In this document: piece after piece, positions 34,490-43,830 of the stretch
How positions within the stretch are numbered: position 1 is the stretch's first letter
How the letters are laid out: each line of letters begins with the position of its first letter
Source: Syntrophorhabdaceae bacterium
GTDB taxonomy: Bacteria > Desulfobacterota > Syntrophorhabdia > Syntrophorhabdales > Syntrophorhabdaceae
Direction: 5' to 3'
NCBI GenBank assembly: GCA_035541755.1
Contig: DATKMQ010000063.1
Location: 13,364 to 77,363 of the forward strand
Length of the DNA: 64,000 nt
Program-made: the position numbers and the translations under genes
The notes under the pieces: generated by a model
What the model saw: the letters and a program-made list of their open reading frames with translations, nothing else
Database searches by the model: none
What the model was told of the DNA's origin: nothing

Positions 34490-35203
34490 CTATTCCTTTT
34501 TTACGGGGAAGGTCAGGTTCGCGCCATATGACCCGATTATTACGACAAGGGGCAAAAGTGACAAAACGAGTATGAGATAGCAAAAACCCTCTCCCCTGAG
34601 AGGATGCAGGATATCGGGGACGGCCATACGCCACACAAAAACAACGAGGTCGACACACAAGAGCACGAGAGAAAGCCATTTCTTCATGGTAACGGCCCTT
34701 ACGGGACGCGCCATGTAGTTCAAGTACCACGTAAAATATCCCGTGACGATTGCTACGGGGATGAAGACAAGACCGGCGCCCAGGCAGTTGAGCGCTGTTG
34801 TCTCAAAGGCAGCAATCCTTGTGGCAAGATAAATAAGTGTGAAGACCGTGGCGGAAAACATGAAGACAATGGGAAAATGAACCGTCATGGGATGGGGGTG
34901 GCGCTTAAGCATTGGGTAACGCGTAAGAAGTCCGGACAGGATGGCGGGCTTATCCTCTTTTGCAACCGGCCCTTCCTTGAGCATGCCCACCTCGGGGTAT
35001 CTCTCCAAGAAGTCAGGACCGTGGGGCGCCACTTCAATTTCGTCTGTCAAATCGGCTCCGGCATCATGGCGTCCCATATGAACGCCACCTTTCCATACCG
35101 GGCTTTGTGTCACATCAAAGATCCTTCCCCGGTACGCTACGTAAACGGGGTTTGAATCCTTCCCGTTGTATCTTAATAGCTCCTTCATATCGATTTGCTT
35201 CAC
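34490..35203 (-). CDS. Cytochrome b5/MAPR-like heme-binding domain fused to a 4-TM DUF2231-like membrane domain
   Basis: N-terminal 'ELLRYNGKDSNPVYVAYRGRIFDVTQSPVWKGGVH...DLTDEIEVAPHG', followed by four hydrophobic helices. Confidence 0.65.
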   Translation of the reverse strand: MKQIDMKELLRYNGKDSNPVYVAYRGRIFDVTQSPVWKGGVHMGRHDAGADLTDEIEVAPHGPDFLERYPEVGMLKEGPVAKEDKPAILSGLLTRYPMLKRHPHPMTVHFPIVFMFSATVFTLIYLATRIAAFETTALNCLGAGLVFIPVAIVTGYFTWYLNYMARPVRAVTMKKWLSLVLLCVDLVVFVWRMAVPDILHPLRGEGFCYLILVLSLLPLVVIIGSYGANLTFPVKKE

Positions 35204-35228
35204 AGAAAGCTCCTTAGTCTTTCATGTT

Positions 35229-36170
35229 TCATACGAGCATACTCAAGCATACACTCACGAGACAGGCAAGCGGATAATACGAGGCCCTGTTAAAGAGGAG
35301 TTGGGCGGCAACGCGTTGTCTCGTCCGGCAAAGCGTAAGGGCAGGAATGACCAAGAGATAGATGGCCGCCAAAAGGCAGAGCGTTCCGGCAGCCATGCGA
35401 TTCGGCAGGGGCGATAGACTGAAAACCGCAGCGCTAAGAACAATGGCAAATACGAGTGAAGCCATAATCACCGCGGCTGCCCACCTAAGTCCGAAACACA
35501 CCGGGATGGTCGTCGCCTGGAGTATGGTATCTTCTCTCATGTCAGCCCAGTCGTTAGGGGTGTTCTGGCCACCCATCTCCCAAAAGAAGAGCCAGAGAAA
35601 CACCGTGCCGAGGAAGATGGGAGAAGGATGGGGATCGACTGCGTAGATAGCGGCCACCGCCCCTGATGTTTTAACCGCCCCGCTTATGAGCACCTTGAGA
35701 TAGCCGCTCCGCCAGGCCAGGCAGTAGAACGCCTCAAGGAGGCAGCTCGTGAAAAACACAAACACGCAGAGCGGATTGAGTAAATAGGCCCCGATAAAGG
35801 TGAGAAACCCCCAGCCCAAGGCCCACCAAAGCGCCTTTCGAAAGGGCAAGAGGCCGCACGCAACGGGGTGGCGGACAAAAATGGAGTCAAGGTCATCTTG
35901 CTTGTCGGGCGCCGGCGTGATCGAAGATTTGCTTCGGTCTACCCGGCGATCCACGAGGTCATTTAAGGCGTATACCGTGGTATAGCCCGCAAATACGGTA
36001 ACCACGCCCAGGCAAACAATCCATAACGACGGAAAAGCCCCATAGCAGAGAAGGGCCGCTACAGCCGGGGTCGCCATATCGAGTAGTCCATGAGGGGTAC
36101 GGGACAGGGCCAAGAAAAGCTTGAGCTGTGAAAGTACCGATCGCGGCAGATTTACTGATACGGCATTCAC
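35229..36170 (-). CDS. UbiA-family aromatic prenyltransferase
   Basis: Asp-rich motifs 'ALNDLVDRRVDR' and 'NDWADMREDT', with about 8 TM helices. Confidence 0.8.
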   Translation of the reverse strand: MNAVSVNLPRSVLSQLKLFLALSRTPHGLLDMATPAVAALLCYGAFPSLWIVCLGVVTVFAGYTTVYALNDLVDRRVDRSKSSITPAPDKQDDLDSIFVRHPVACGLLPFRKALWWALGWGFLTFIGAYLLNPLCVFVFFTSCLLEAFYCLAWRSGYLKVLISGAVKTSGAVAAIYAVDPHPSPIFLGTVFLWLFFWEMGGQNTPNDWADMREDTILQATTIPVCFGLRWAAAVIMASLVFAIVLSAAVFSLSPLPNRMAAGTLCLLAAIYLLVIPALTLCRTRQRVAAQLLFNRASYYPLACLVSVCLSMLV

Positions 36171-36289
36171 CAGGCCAACCCTCCTTTCACACAGCTTTCA
36201 ACCCCCGGGGTGAGTTCCCTATACTTTTTCTCAATTGGTTCGAGGCCGTTCATGCTCAAGAGACAATATAAGCCGACGTTCCGGCCGAT

Positions 36290-38800
36290 TCAAGAAGTTT
36301 CGGGTGACAAAAGCTGCTCGGTGGCCACTGCGCCGATTCGGTTGAGGCGAAGCGTGTTCCCGATGACGGTAAGACTGCTTAACAACATTGCCATGACTGC
36401 GACGAGCGGGTTAAGAAGCCCCGCTGCCGCCACTGGAACTGCAACGATGTTGTAGAGGAAAGCGAAACAAAGGTTCTGTCGGACCGCTCGCGTAGACAGC
36501 CGGGAAAACATGAATAGATCGGCAATCGCCTTGAGCCTGCCGGACGGTATGATGAGATCCGCCGCCTCCAGGGTAATGTCCTGTCCCGATCCCATGGCTA
36601 CACCCACATCTGCCTCGGCGAGCGCAAGCGCGTCATTCACGCCATCTCCCACCATACCTATCTTGCGTCCCTCACGCTTAAGGGTCCGAATCACCTCAGT
36701 TTTTTCCGCGGGGAGGGCCTCCCCCAGGAAATCGGCGATCCCTAAGGAGCGGGCAATGGCCGCCGTGGTCTCGTTGCCATCGCCTGATAACAGGACGACC
36801 TTAGTCCCTTTGTGCTTCAACCAGGCCACAAAGAGGCCTGCATCCTGCTTCAATACGTCTCCGAACACAAGAAAGCCCTGTGCTTCTCTTTCTGAGCCGA
36901 AAAATACCACGGTCATCCCGTCTTGTTCATGAGAGAGAGCCTCTCGATCCAGATGAGGGGCGAGCACAATCCCGTACCTTAATAGCAGTCGCCTGCTGCC
37001 CGCGAATATTCTCTTTCCGTTCACAGTTCCTTCGACGCCGAGTCCCTCAAGTTCCTTTACATTCAACGCTTGTCCCACACTGAACCCTGAACGCAACGTA
37101 TGGTGTATGATCTCTTGCGCAAGGAAGTGTGTGGAATTCGTCTCGATGGCCGCGATCATCTCAAGGACTTCTTTTTCGTCGATGAGAGGCGAGACCACCT
37201 TGCGCAGCGCAAAACGCCCTTCAGTGACGGTACCGGTCTTGTCGAGTACCAACGTGTCGAGCTCTTTCACACGTTCTAAGGCCCCGGGACTTCTGACAAC
37301 GATTCCTCTTTGACGGCAAAGGCCCGTTGCAACCACTTTGACAAGCGGTATTGCAACACCAAGGACACACGGACAGGCGACAAGAAGCACTGAAAGACAC
37401 GTAAGAAGAATCCGTTGGCTAGTCGCTCCCAGGCCCCACAAGACAAGCGCAGTAGTCACAGCAACGCCCATTATGGCAGGCACGAAGATGCGGCTTATAG
37501 AGTCGGCAAGCTCCTCGCTCGTACTCCTATGTTCCAGGGCGTCCGTGACGAGCTCTCTCACCTGCCCGAGATAGCTTAAGCGCGCCGGCCTCACCGCAAT
37601 GATCTCGACCGTGCCGGATACAAGCTGACTCCCCGCGAGAACCACCTCTTCAGGCCCTTTGACAGTGGGCCTTGTCTCCCCGGTAAGGACCGACTGGTCA
37701 AAAAGACCCCGTCCGCGGGCAAGCCGGCCATCGACGGGTATCCGTTCTCCGTCTTCAACCACAAAGAGATCATTCGGTATCAAGGCGTCGGCTCTTATCC
37801 ATTGCTCTCTATCACCCTTTTTCAGTCTCACTTTTTGCAGTCCCGTATCTTCGGTGGCGAGTGACGCCAAGACTTTTTCTCGCGCGTGCATCTCGATATA
37901 CCTGCCGAGAAGCACGATGGTGATGAGCATGGCCGCTATGTCAAAGTAGAGGTGAATACTGCCCTGCTTCATTCTCAGAAGGCTATAGAAAAAGGCCGCA
38001 AGGGCGCTCACGGAGATAAGCGTATCCATCGAGATCAGTCCGTGGCAAATACCAGCCCAAGCCTTCTTCAGGATCGGCATGCCGCCGTAAAAGACCACAG
38101 GAACCGACATCACAAGCATGGGATAAGAGAAGAGCGCAACAACGCGGGGGGTAAGCTCACGGATCAAGCCGTAGTAGAGCACATAGGAGAGCATCATGAT
38201 GTTTACCGCCAGAATTGATGAGATGCCGAGACGGATCAGCGTGGCGTCCTTTAAGGTTCTCGTCGCCCGTGCGTCTTTTTCCCCGGTACTCGCCCTGTAG
38301 CCGATCTTATTGATACGGGACACGATCTCGGCAGGGCTCGTCCGATTGGGGAGATATTGAATTCTCGCCTTGTCCGTGAGAAAAAAGACCCGGCATTGGG
38401 CGATGCCATCCATTTTCCTGAGCACTTCCTCAATGACCCAGGCACAGGCGGGGCACCACATGCCCTCGAGAGACAGGTTGAGGGTGAGCTGAGCGACGCT
38501 TGTGTTGACCCCTTTAATCTCAACGGGGGTGTGGGCAGCGTCTTCGTTGCCCGGAATAACTCCTGCCTTAACACAGGCGCGGAATACGTCGCTCTCGCGG
38601 AAGTTGTGCGGGAGTTTCCCGGTGGCGCTGGCGAGAATTAAGAAAACGTGCCTGCAACCGGGACAACAGAACGTGAGAGAATTCTCTGTGTGTCGATTCT
38701 CGCCCGCGCGCAGACCGCAGAGATCGCAAAAGACGTGAACGGCGTGCACCTCTTTAGCTACGCCCTGGCTTGAGACTCGGGGCGAGAGTTCATCGGACAA
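36290..38800 (-). CDS. ccoI: Heavy-metal (Cu) P1B-type ATPase, CcoI/FixI-like
   Basis: 836 aa. N-terminal Cys-rich 'FCDLCGL...CCPGC', an HMA-like 'MWCPACA', TM 'CPC', 'DKTGTVT' and 'GDGVNDALAL'. It follows the cbb3 genes. Confidence 0.82.
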   Translation of the reverse strand: MSDELSPRVSSQGVAKEVHAVHVFCDLCGLRAGENRHTENSLTFCCPGCRHVFLILASATGKLPHNFRESDVFRACVKAGVIPGNEDAAHTPVEIKGVNTSVAQLTLNLSLEGMWCPACAWVIEEVLRKMDGIAQCRVFFLTDKARIQYLPNRTSPAEIVSRINKIGYRASTGEKDARATRTLKDATLIRLGISSILAVNIMMLSYVLYYGLIRELTPRVVALFSYPMLVMSVPVVFYGGMPILKKAWAGICHGLISMDTLISVSALAAFFYSLLRMKQGSIHLYFDIAAMLITIVLLGRYIEMHAREKVLASLATEDTGLQKVRLKKGDREQWIRADALIPNDLFVVEDGERIPVDGRLARGRGLFDQSVLTGETRPTVKGPEEVVLAGSQLVSGTVEIIAVRPARLSYLGQVRELVTDALEHRSTSEELADSISRIFVPAIMGVAVTTALVLWGLGATSQRILLTCLSVLLVACPCVLGVAIPLVKVVATGLCRQRGIVVRSPGALERVKELDTLVLDKTGTVTEGRFALRKVVSPLIDEKEVLEMIAAIETNSTHFLAQEIIHHTLRSGFSVGQALNVKELEGLGVEGTVNGKRIFAGSRRLLLRYGIVLAPHLDREALSHEQDGMTVVFFGSEREAQGFLVFGDVLKQDAGLFVAWLKHKGTKVVLLSGDGNETTAAIARSLGIADFLGEALPAEKTEVIRTLKREGRKIGMVGDGVNDALALAEADVGVAMGSGQDITLEAADLIIPSGRLKAIADLFMFSRLSTRAVRQNLCFAFLYNIVAVPVAAAGLLNPLVAVMAMLLSSLTVIGNTLRLNRIGAVATEQLLSPETS

Positions 38801-39494
38801 ACCCTAATACCCCCTTTGAGAGTATGATGATCCCCATGGCCGTTATCGATAAACCGGCCATGCGCTCTCCTGTAAGCCTTGCCTTGAGCGAGAAGGTGGA
38901 GCCCAATAAGCCGGTGAACAACAAGACAGGCAGAGTCCCTAAACCAAAGACGATCATGATAAGAAATCCTTGAGTGATATCAGCCGTGAAAGCGGCCCTT
39001 AAGACCATCGCCCAGGAAAGCATGCAGGGCAAAAAGCCTGTCGCAAAGCCGAGCGTTGCCTTGACTAACGCATGGGGCGACCTCAAGCGCTTTCCTATAA
39101 ATCTCATGACAAACGAAGATTTTGAGTCGGACGATGTCTCGGTGAAATATCCCGCAGGGATCACCTTGAGCACGATCAAACCCAACACGACCATGAACGC
39201 GCCCGCCGCAGCCGTGGCCGGAGTACGTATGTCCTTTAACGCTGAGGCCAGACTCCCGCAATAGACAAGTCCGGCGCCGACGCCCCCTAAGAGTCCGTAC
39301 GCGGCTATCCTTCCTGCCTGAAACGCCGCGTGATGCGTAAGACCCGCTACGTACGGGGGGCGCCCGGCACTAAGACCATCACTCGCCGGGCTGAACTGCA
39401 ACGAATAGGCAACTACAATTGGACCGCACATACCGAGACAATGAAGACTCCCGGCAAGACCGGTCAACAATGCCCAGAGCAGGTCCGCGTTCAT
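38790..39494 (-). CDS. TauE/SafE- or DsbD_2-like membrane protein with 'HCLGMCGP' motif (cbb3/metal-maturation associated)
   Basis: 234 aa and polytopic. 'GSLHCLGMCGPIV' near the N-terminus. Overlaps both neighbours (ATGA upstream, 11 nt downstream). Confidence 0.6.
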   Translation of the reverse strand: MNADLLWALLTGLAGSLHCLGMCGPIVVAYSLQFSPASDGLSAGRPPYVAGLTHHAAFQAGRIAAYGLLGGVGAGLVYCGSLASALKDIRTPATAAAGAFMVVLGLIVLKVIPAGYFTETSSDSKSSFVMRFIGKRLRSPHALVKATLGFATGFLPCMLSWAMVLRAAFTADITQGFLIMIVFGLGTLPVLLFTGLLGSTFSLKARLTGERMAGLSITAMGIIILSKGVLGFVR

Positions 39495-40000
39495 GGCTGC
39501 CTCTTCACAGATCGCATGTAGACGATTATCGCCCAGCTGTCACCGGCCGACGCGGTGGGAAAAAGCGCCGGATGCCTCTTGAACCCGAGCCGCATCCTCG
39601 AATAGATAAGACCATCGGGTTGTGACAAGACGTGATCTGATATGAGATCGGCGGGCAGCGGGGCAAAACTCTGCCCCACGGTGCCTCTGCCATCGAGCTT
39701 CACACCATGACACTGGACACAAAAATAGCCATAGGCCACGCGGCCTTGTTCTGCCGATTGCTTTGAATACGACAGGGGGTTCTTGAGTTTTATCGGATCA
39801 CTTTTCACGAGAGTCTCATAGCCGTCATCAAGCGGGATGCTCCTTTTGTCCATGTCAGGCATCTTCTTTTTGAAGGCTTTTATGGCGTCCCCATCGTACA
39901 TATGTCCGTAGTTGCAACCCCAGCACATAATAGCGGCGATAAGGGCTGCAAAAAAAGGAAGAGCCCTTAACCCCCATCCTGTTCGCCCGGATTGTTTCAT
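39491..40000 (-). CDS. Monoheme c-type cytochrome, probable lipoprotein (ActE- or CcoP-like)
   Basis: 'AAIMCWGC' signal/lipobox-like N-terminus and a single 'CVQCH' with a distal Met region. Start set at ATG 40000 (ATGA overlap), not at 40234. Confidence 0.72.
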   Translation of the reverse strand: MKQSGRTGWGLRALPFFAALIAAIMCWGCNYGHMYDGDAIKAFKKKMPDMDKRSIPLDDGYETLVKSDPIKLKNPLSYSKQSAEQGRVAYGYFCVQCHGVKLDGRGTVGQSFAPLPADLISDHVLSQPDGLIYSRMRLGFKRHPALFPTASAGDSWAIIVYMRSVKRQP

Positions 40001-40290
40001 TCGGCGCGCCTCCCTGCTTTTTGTTGCGGCGGGATCGGTTTCTCTGAAACGTGCTGTAGATGCGGCTCTCCGGTGTTTCCAGCAGGTTGAGGAGATGTGG
40101 AATAGAGGGATTTTCCGGGAGTATCTTCCACATCCGTGAAGTCCCAATCCGGCGGGCCTTTGTCCCCTATCGTGAAAAACATGAAGAGCCCGTACAGCAA
40201 GAATATGACTGCGAGGCCTATGACAAAGAACCATGCTTTAAGGGTTGTCCTATCCTCATCGTCTCTTTTGGTTTCACCTGGAATATCCAT
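39997..40290 (-). CDS. Hypothetical single-TM protein (97 aa)
   Basis: 'MDIPGETKRDDEDRTTLKAWFFVIGLAVIFLLYGLFMFF...'. SD GAGGGG. Its stop overlaps the next start (ATGA). Confidence 0.45.
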   Translation of the reverse strand: MDIPGETKRDDEDRTTLKAWFFVIGLAVIFLLYGLFMFFTIGDKGPPDWDFTDVEDTPGKSLYSTSPQPAGNTGEPHLQHVSEKPIPPQQKAGRRAE

Positions 40291-40315
40291 TCGCCCCTCT
40301 GCCACAAGTGCGGGC

Positions 40316-40588
40316 CTATATCGGCCTTGCCTTGAAAACTGCGAAATAAGAAACCACGTACAAAATGATCGAGAGCACAACAGCCGCGTACAAAAAGACA
40401 AGTACAGGGGGGATATAATTACCTCCGCGGGTCTTTTCCATATGTCCGCCTTCTGTTGGGTCTATCTCTTCACCGGACTTAAAGTCTGTACCATAGCGGA
40501 AGGAAAGGTAGAGCACGATGGCACCTGCCACTCCAAGGAACAGGGCAAGAACCAGATGATGGAAATCAATCGCGGCGAAAAATCTCAC
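40316..40588 (-). CDS. Hypothetical 2-TM membrane protein (90 aa)
   Basis: Two hydrophobic helices. Its ATG overlaps the upstream stop (ATGA), indicating translational coupling within the cbb3 cluster. Confidence 0.5.
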   Translation of the reverse strand: MRFFAAIDFHHLVLALFLGVAGAIVLYLSFRYGTDFKSGEEIDPTEGGHMEKTRGGNYIPPVLVFLYAAVVLSIILYVVSYFAVFKARPI

Positions 40589-40863
40589 GGGGTCACCCCC
40601 TTCATCCTGACAATCATGGTGACGAGCGCAGCCACGATGCCTGAGAGGCCGATAAGGAGGATACCGGCTGCTATAATGATTTCCCGTCCGGCCCCACCTC
40701 GCTTATCCGCATTCGTCGGATCGGCCTCGCCCCGTAAAGGAAGGTAACGTGCCCGCTCCTGCTCCCGAAACTGGCCCGCCGCGTGTGCTAAGATGAAAAC
40801 CGTGAGACTCGTAGCGAGCCCGACGACAAGTAACCCGATCCATATCATGTAATAGAGATTCAT
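40585..40863 (-). CDS. CcoS/FixS-like cbb3 maturation protein with an extra C-terminal TM helix
   Basis: 'MNLYYMIWIGLLVVGLATSLTVFILAHAAGQFREQERARYLPL' resembles the CcoS TM plus 'GQF(D/R)' motif. Start at ATG 40863 (ATGA overlap with the ccoO stop). Confidence 0.5.
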   Translation of the reverse strand: MNLYYMIWIGLLVVGLATSLTVFILAHAAGQFREQERARYLPLRGEADPTNADKRGGAGREIIIAAGILLIGLSGIVAALVTMIVRMKGVTP

Positions 40864-41828
40864 TCTCGCCTCCCTCCCCCCTTGGGCCACGTGTCCGCGG
40901 GGATGTAAGCCGCGTCGATGCCCCTCGGTTCTCTGTGGGCGTCGCTCTCTCCTACGAACGTCACGGCCACGTAGTCGCCCACATCCCAGATCTTCTCCGA
41001 TTCGAGTTCGCGCTTGAAGTAGGGCATCGCAGTTCCTGTGATTCCGTTCATGATCTGATAATAAAGAATACCGCCGGATATACCGCGCCCCTTGAGAAGC
41101 GTAAAATTGAGAGGAGGAGGATTGAGATAAGGCTCGGCCGGGCCCATGCCGTCTCCAACCGGTCCATGGCAGCCGATGCAGAAACTCTCGAAAATACGAT
41201 GCCCACGCTTCAATCCCGCGTCAGAGGTGGGGTAAGGGTTCGGAAGGTTCCGCCAGGGCTCAGGTACCATAGAATGAAGCCATTTGACGTTGTCATCCGG
41301 GCCGTCCTCGTAAGCCTTAACCGCAGCCGCCTTCCATTGCCGCTGCCTTTCCGTGCGGAAATCGGCATCTTTGAAGCCTAAGGCCTGTTTATAGGCGATG
41401 AGCGATGCTATCCGGTCTTTGCCCAGATACTCAAAAGAAGGCATAATGGATTCGGGTCTCACAAACCGGGGATTTATGTAGTGCGCGAGATGCCAGTCGT
41501 CAGGATGTTCTCCGCCTTCCTGAGACAGGTCGGGGCCGGTCCTCTCCGAACCCAGAAGGTGCGGCCGCTCTGCCACGTAATCACCTGACTGGGCTATGCG
41601 CTCTGCCCCGATATCCCAGTCGATGTTCCGCACAAACTGGGTGTGGCAGTATGTACACCCGTTGGCAATATAGAGTCTCCTGCCCTCTTCCTCGGACGCG
41701 GTCCTTGCACGGAATATGTCTGACGGTTTCTCGCTGATGGTTAGCCAGGGGAGGACTACCGAAATAAAGAGCACGGAGGTGAAGATGGCAAGGCCCCCGT
41801 ATATGAGAAGCTTCAAGGTCACCCTCAT
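40860..41828 (-). CDS. ccoO: cbb3 oxidase subunit II (CcoO) fused to a second c-type cytochrome domain
   Basis: 322 aa. An N-terminal TM, the CcoO-type 'CTYCHTQFVR...GPDL' and a second heme motif 'CIGCHGPVGDG...MPYF'. Confidence 0.85.
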   Translation of the reverse strand: MRVTLKLLIYGGLAIFTSVLFISVVLPWLTISEKPSDIFRARTASEEEGRRLYIANGCTYCHTQFVRNIDWDIGAERIAQSGDYVAERPHLLGSERTGPDLSQEGGEHPDDWHLAHYINPRFVRPESIMPSFEYLGKDRIASLIAYKQALGFKDADFRTERQRQWKAAAVKAYEDGPDDNVKWLHSMVPEPWRNLPNPYPTSDAGLKRGHRIFESFCIGCHGPVGDGMGPAEPYLNPPPLNFTLLKGRGISGGILYYQIMNGITGTAMPYFKRELESEKIWDVGDYVAVTFVGESDAHREPRGIDAAYIPADTWPKGGGRRE

Positions 41829-43255
41829 GGTTTCTCCTTTGTGGTCTTACCCATGAGGGTTCGCCCCACGTTGTAAAGGCCTATGGCGGCTCCCGCCGCG
41901 ATGAGTGTACCAAACCCTAGCCGCCATACCCAGTAGACATGCAGTTCGGGAAGGACCTTGTATACGACTGAACCGGCAAGCCAGGCGCTTCCCTGAATCA
42001 AACCCGCTATGGTGAGGACCATAAAGAATCCGGTGAGCCCCACGAGTAGGAGCCAGTACTGTATATCGGCGAGCTTACGACTGTAAAGGTCTCTCCCTGT
42101 GATCCTCGGGAGGAAGAAATAGAGACCGCCTATGGCAATGAACCCCGAGAAACCAAGCACCGCGATATGAGAATGGCCTATGACCCAGTTCGTCAGGTGG
42201 GTAACCCTTTGGACGACCGGAAGGGCCTGGAAGGGCCCCTGGAGACAGACGAGCAGGTACCAGACGAGGCCCGCAAACACAAACTTTCCGCCGATCTCTT
42301 CGTGGATATTACTGAGACGCCCCTGAATCGTGAGCCAGAGATTGACGAGAACCGTGGCAACGGGGATGAGCATGCCGATGCTTCCTGTTATAGCCACGAT
42401 CTTGAGCCATGTGGGGGCGGGCGTCTGCAAAAGATGGTGCGTGCCTATGTGCGGATAGAACATGAGGATGGTCCAGAAACCTACAAGAGAAAGGGTATGA
42501 CTGAATAAGGGGGCGCGGCATACCACGGGCATCACGTAATACGCAACACCGATCGCAAGCGGCGTCAGGAACAGCCCGACGATCCCATGTCCGTAGAACC
42601 ACGCGAGTATTCCGTCGGGCATGCCTGTGATTGCCCCCGTGGACGGGTTCCACACGGCGTTCCCGAAGAAATAGATAAAAAAGACGAAGACAAGGGCAGC
42701 GAGCGCGTACCAGACCGAAACGTAGAGTACCTTCTCCTCCCTGTCGGCAACGGTTCGCATGAGATTATAAAAGGTAATGCCGAATACTACGAGCACGGCA
42801 ATATCTACCGGCCAGATATACTCGGCATATTCCCTGCTCTGGGTAAAACCCAAAGCAAGGGTCACTGTTCCAGCCGCGATGAGCAGGTTCCAGATACAGA
42901 CCGTGGCCCGACCCAGGCCAACGTTAAAGAGAGGCCGCCGCGCCAGACGGGGTACGTAGTAGTTGATGGAACCGAGTAGCGCTGACCCCACAAATCCGAA
43001 GATCATGATGTTCGTGTGCATTGGTCGTACACGACCGAACACAAGCCAGGAAACATTCTTGTACAAAGGGAAATCAGGTGCAATCATGGCTGACGCGAGA
43101 AAAAGACCGGCCAGTGTGCCTATGACGAACCAGAACGCGCTCGAGAGGAAGAAGCCGGCCGCGGGAAGATAGTGTACTTCTGATGTCTTGATTATGCCCA
43201 CCCCTTGTCTTCTTTCGTTCAACCCTTCTGATGCGATCTCGTTCAATCTGTTCAA
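41825..43255 (-). CDS. ccoN: cbb3-type cytochrome c oxidase subunit I
   Basis: 476 aa, 12+ TM. 'HTNIMIFGF', 'WFYGHGIVG', 'HHLL' and 'GHSHIAVLGF'. TTG start. Confidence 0.88.
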   Translation of the reverse strand: MNRLNEIASEGLNERRQGVGIIKTSEVHYLPAAGFFLSSAFWFVIGTLAGLFLASAMIAPDFPLYKNVSWLVFGRVRPMHTNIMIFGFVGSALLGSINYYVPRLARRPLFNVGLGRATVCIWNLLIAAGTVTLALGFTQSREYAEYIWPVDIAVLVVFGITFYNLMRTVADREEKVLYVSVWYALAALVFVFFIYFFGNAVWNPSTGAITGMPDGILAWFYGHGIVGLFLTPLAIGVAYYVMPVVCRAPLFSHTLSLVGFWTILMFYPHIGTHHLLQTPAPTWLKIVAITGSIGMLIPVATVLVNLWLTIQGRLSNIHEEIGGKFVFAGLVWYLLVCLQGPFQALPVVQRVTHLTNWVIGHSHIAVLGFSGFIAIGGLYFFLPRITGRDLYSRKLADIQYWLLLVGLTGFFMVLTIAGLIQGSAWLAGSVVYKVLPELHVYWVWRLGFGTLIAAGAAIGLYNVGRTLMGKTTKEKP

Positions 43256-43272
43256 GGACCTTCAGGCCTCCC

Positions 43273-43830
43273 TCATCTGTGACATGCAAGCCAGCAATCG
43301 TGTTGCGCGTTCTTTTTCCGATGGCAGGCGAGGCAGAAACCCATCTTAAAGTCAACCTTTTGCAGCCGATCCATGCTCTTCACGTCGCCGTGACAGTCCA
43401 TACAATCAAGTTTACCCCATTTGAGATGGGGGACATGGTTAAAAAACACGAAATCAGGTACCCAGAAGACCTGCTTCCAGGGAGTTGGCGTGCCCGAACG
43501 AAAATACTGTTCTTCCCGCTTGATCTCAGGATGATTGGGAATTATATACTTGTGGCAGAAAAAACATTTCTCCACGGCAGGAAGACCCGCGTGTTGAGAC
43601 CGCTCCACATTCGGGTGGCAGAAGCGACAGTTTATACCTTTCACGCCTGCGTGTACCCGATGACTGAAGGAGACCGGCTGGGCGTCTCCGATACGCCTCC
43701 CGTAAGAGAAATACAGATAGAGCGTGAGGCCGAAGAGGACCGCGAGCGGAACGAGCCAGAGGTAGCCCGTAGATAATGCCCGTTTCTTACGGTTTTCTTC
43801 AGGCTCTCGCCTGGTCTCGGCTTTCTTCAT
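43273..43830 (-). CDS. actA: Multiheme cytochrome c, ActA-like
   Basis: An N-terminal TM, four CXXCH motifs (CRFCH, CFFCH, CMDCH, CLACH) and a terminal 'CWLACH'. Start at ATG 43830 (ATGA overlap), not 43926. Confidence 0.72.
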   Translation of the reverse strand: MKKAETRREPEENRKKRALSTGYLWLVPLAVLFGLTLYLYFSYGRRIGDAQPVSFSHRVHAGVKGINCRFCHPNVERSQHAGLPAVEKCFFCHKYIIPNHPEIKREEQYFRSGTPTPWKQVFWVPDFVFFNHVPHLKWGKLDCMDCHGDVKSMDRLQKVDFKMGFCLACHRKKNAQHDCWLACHR

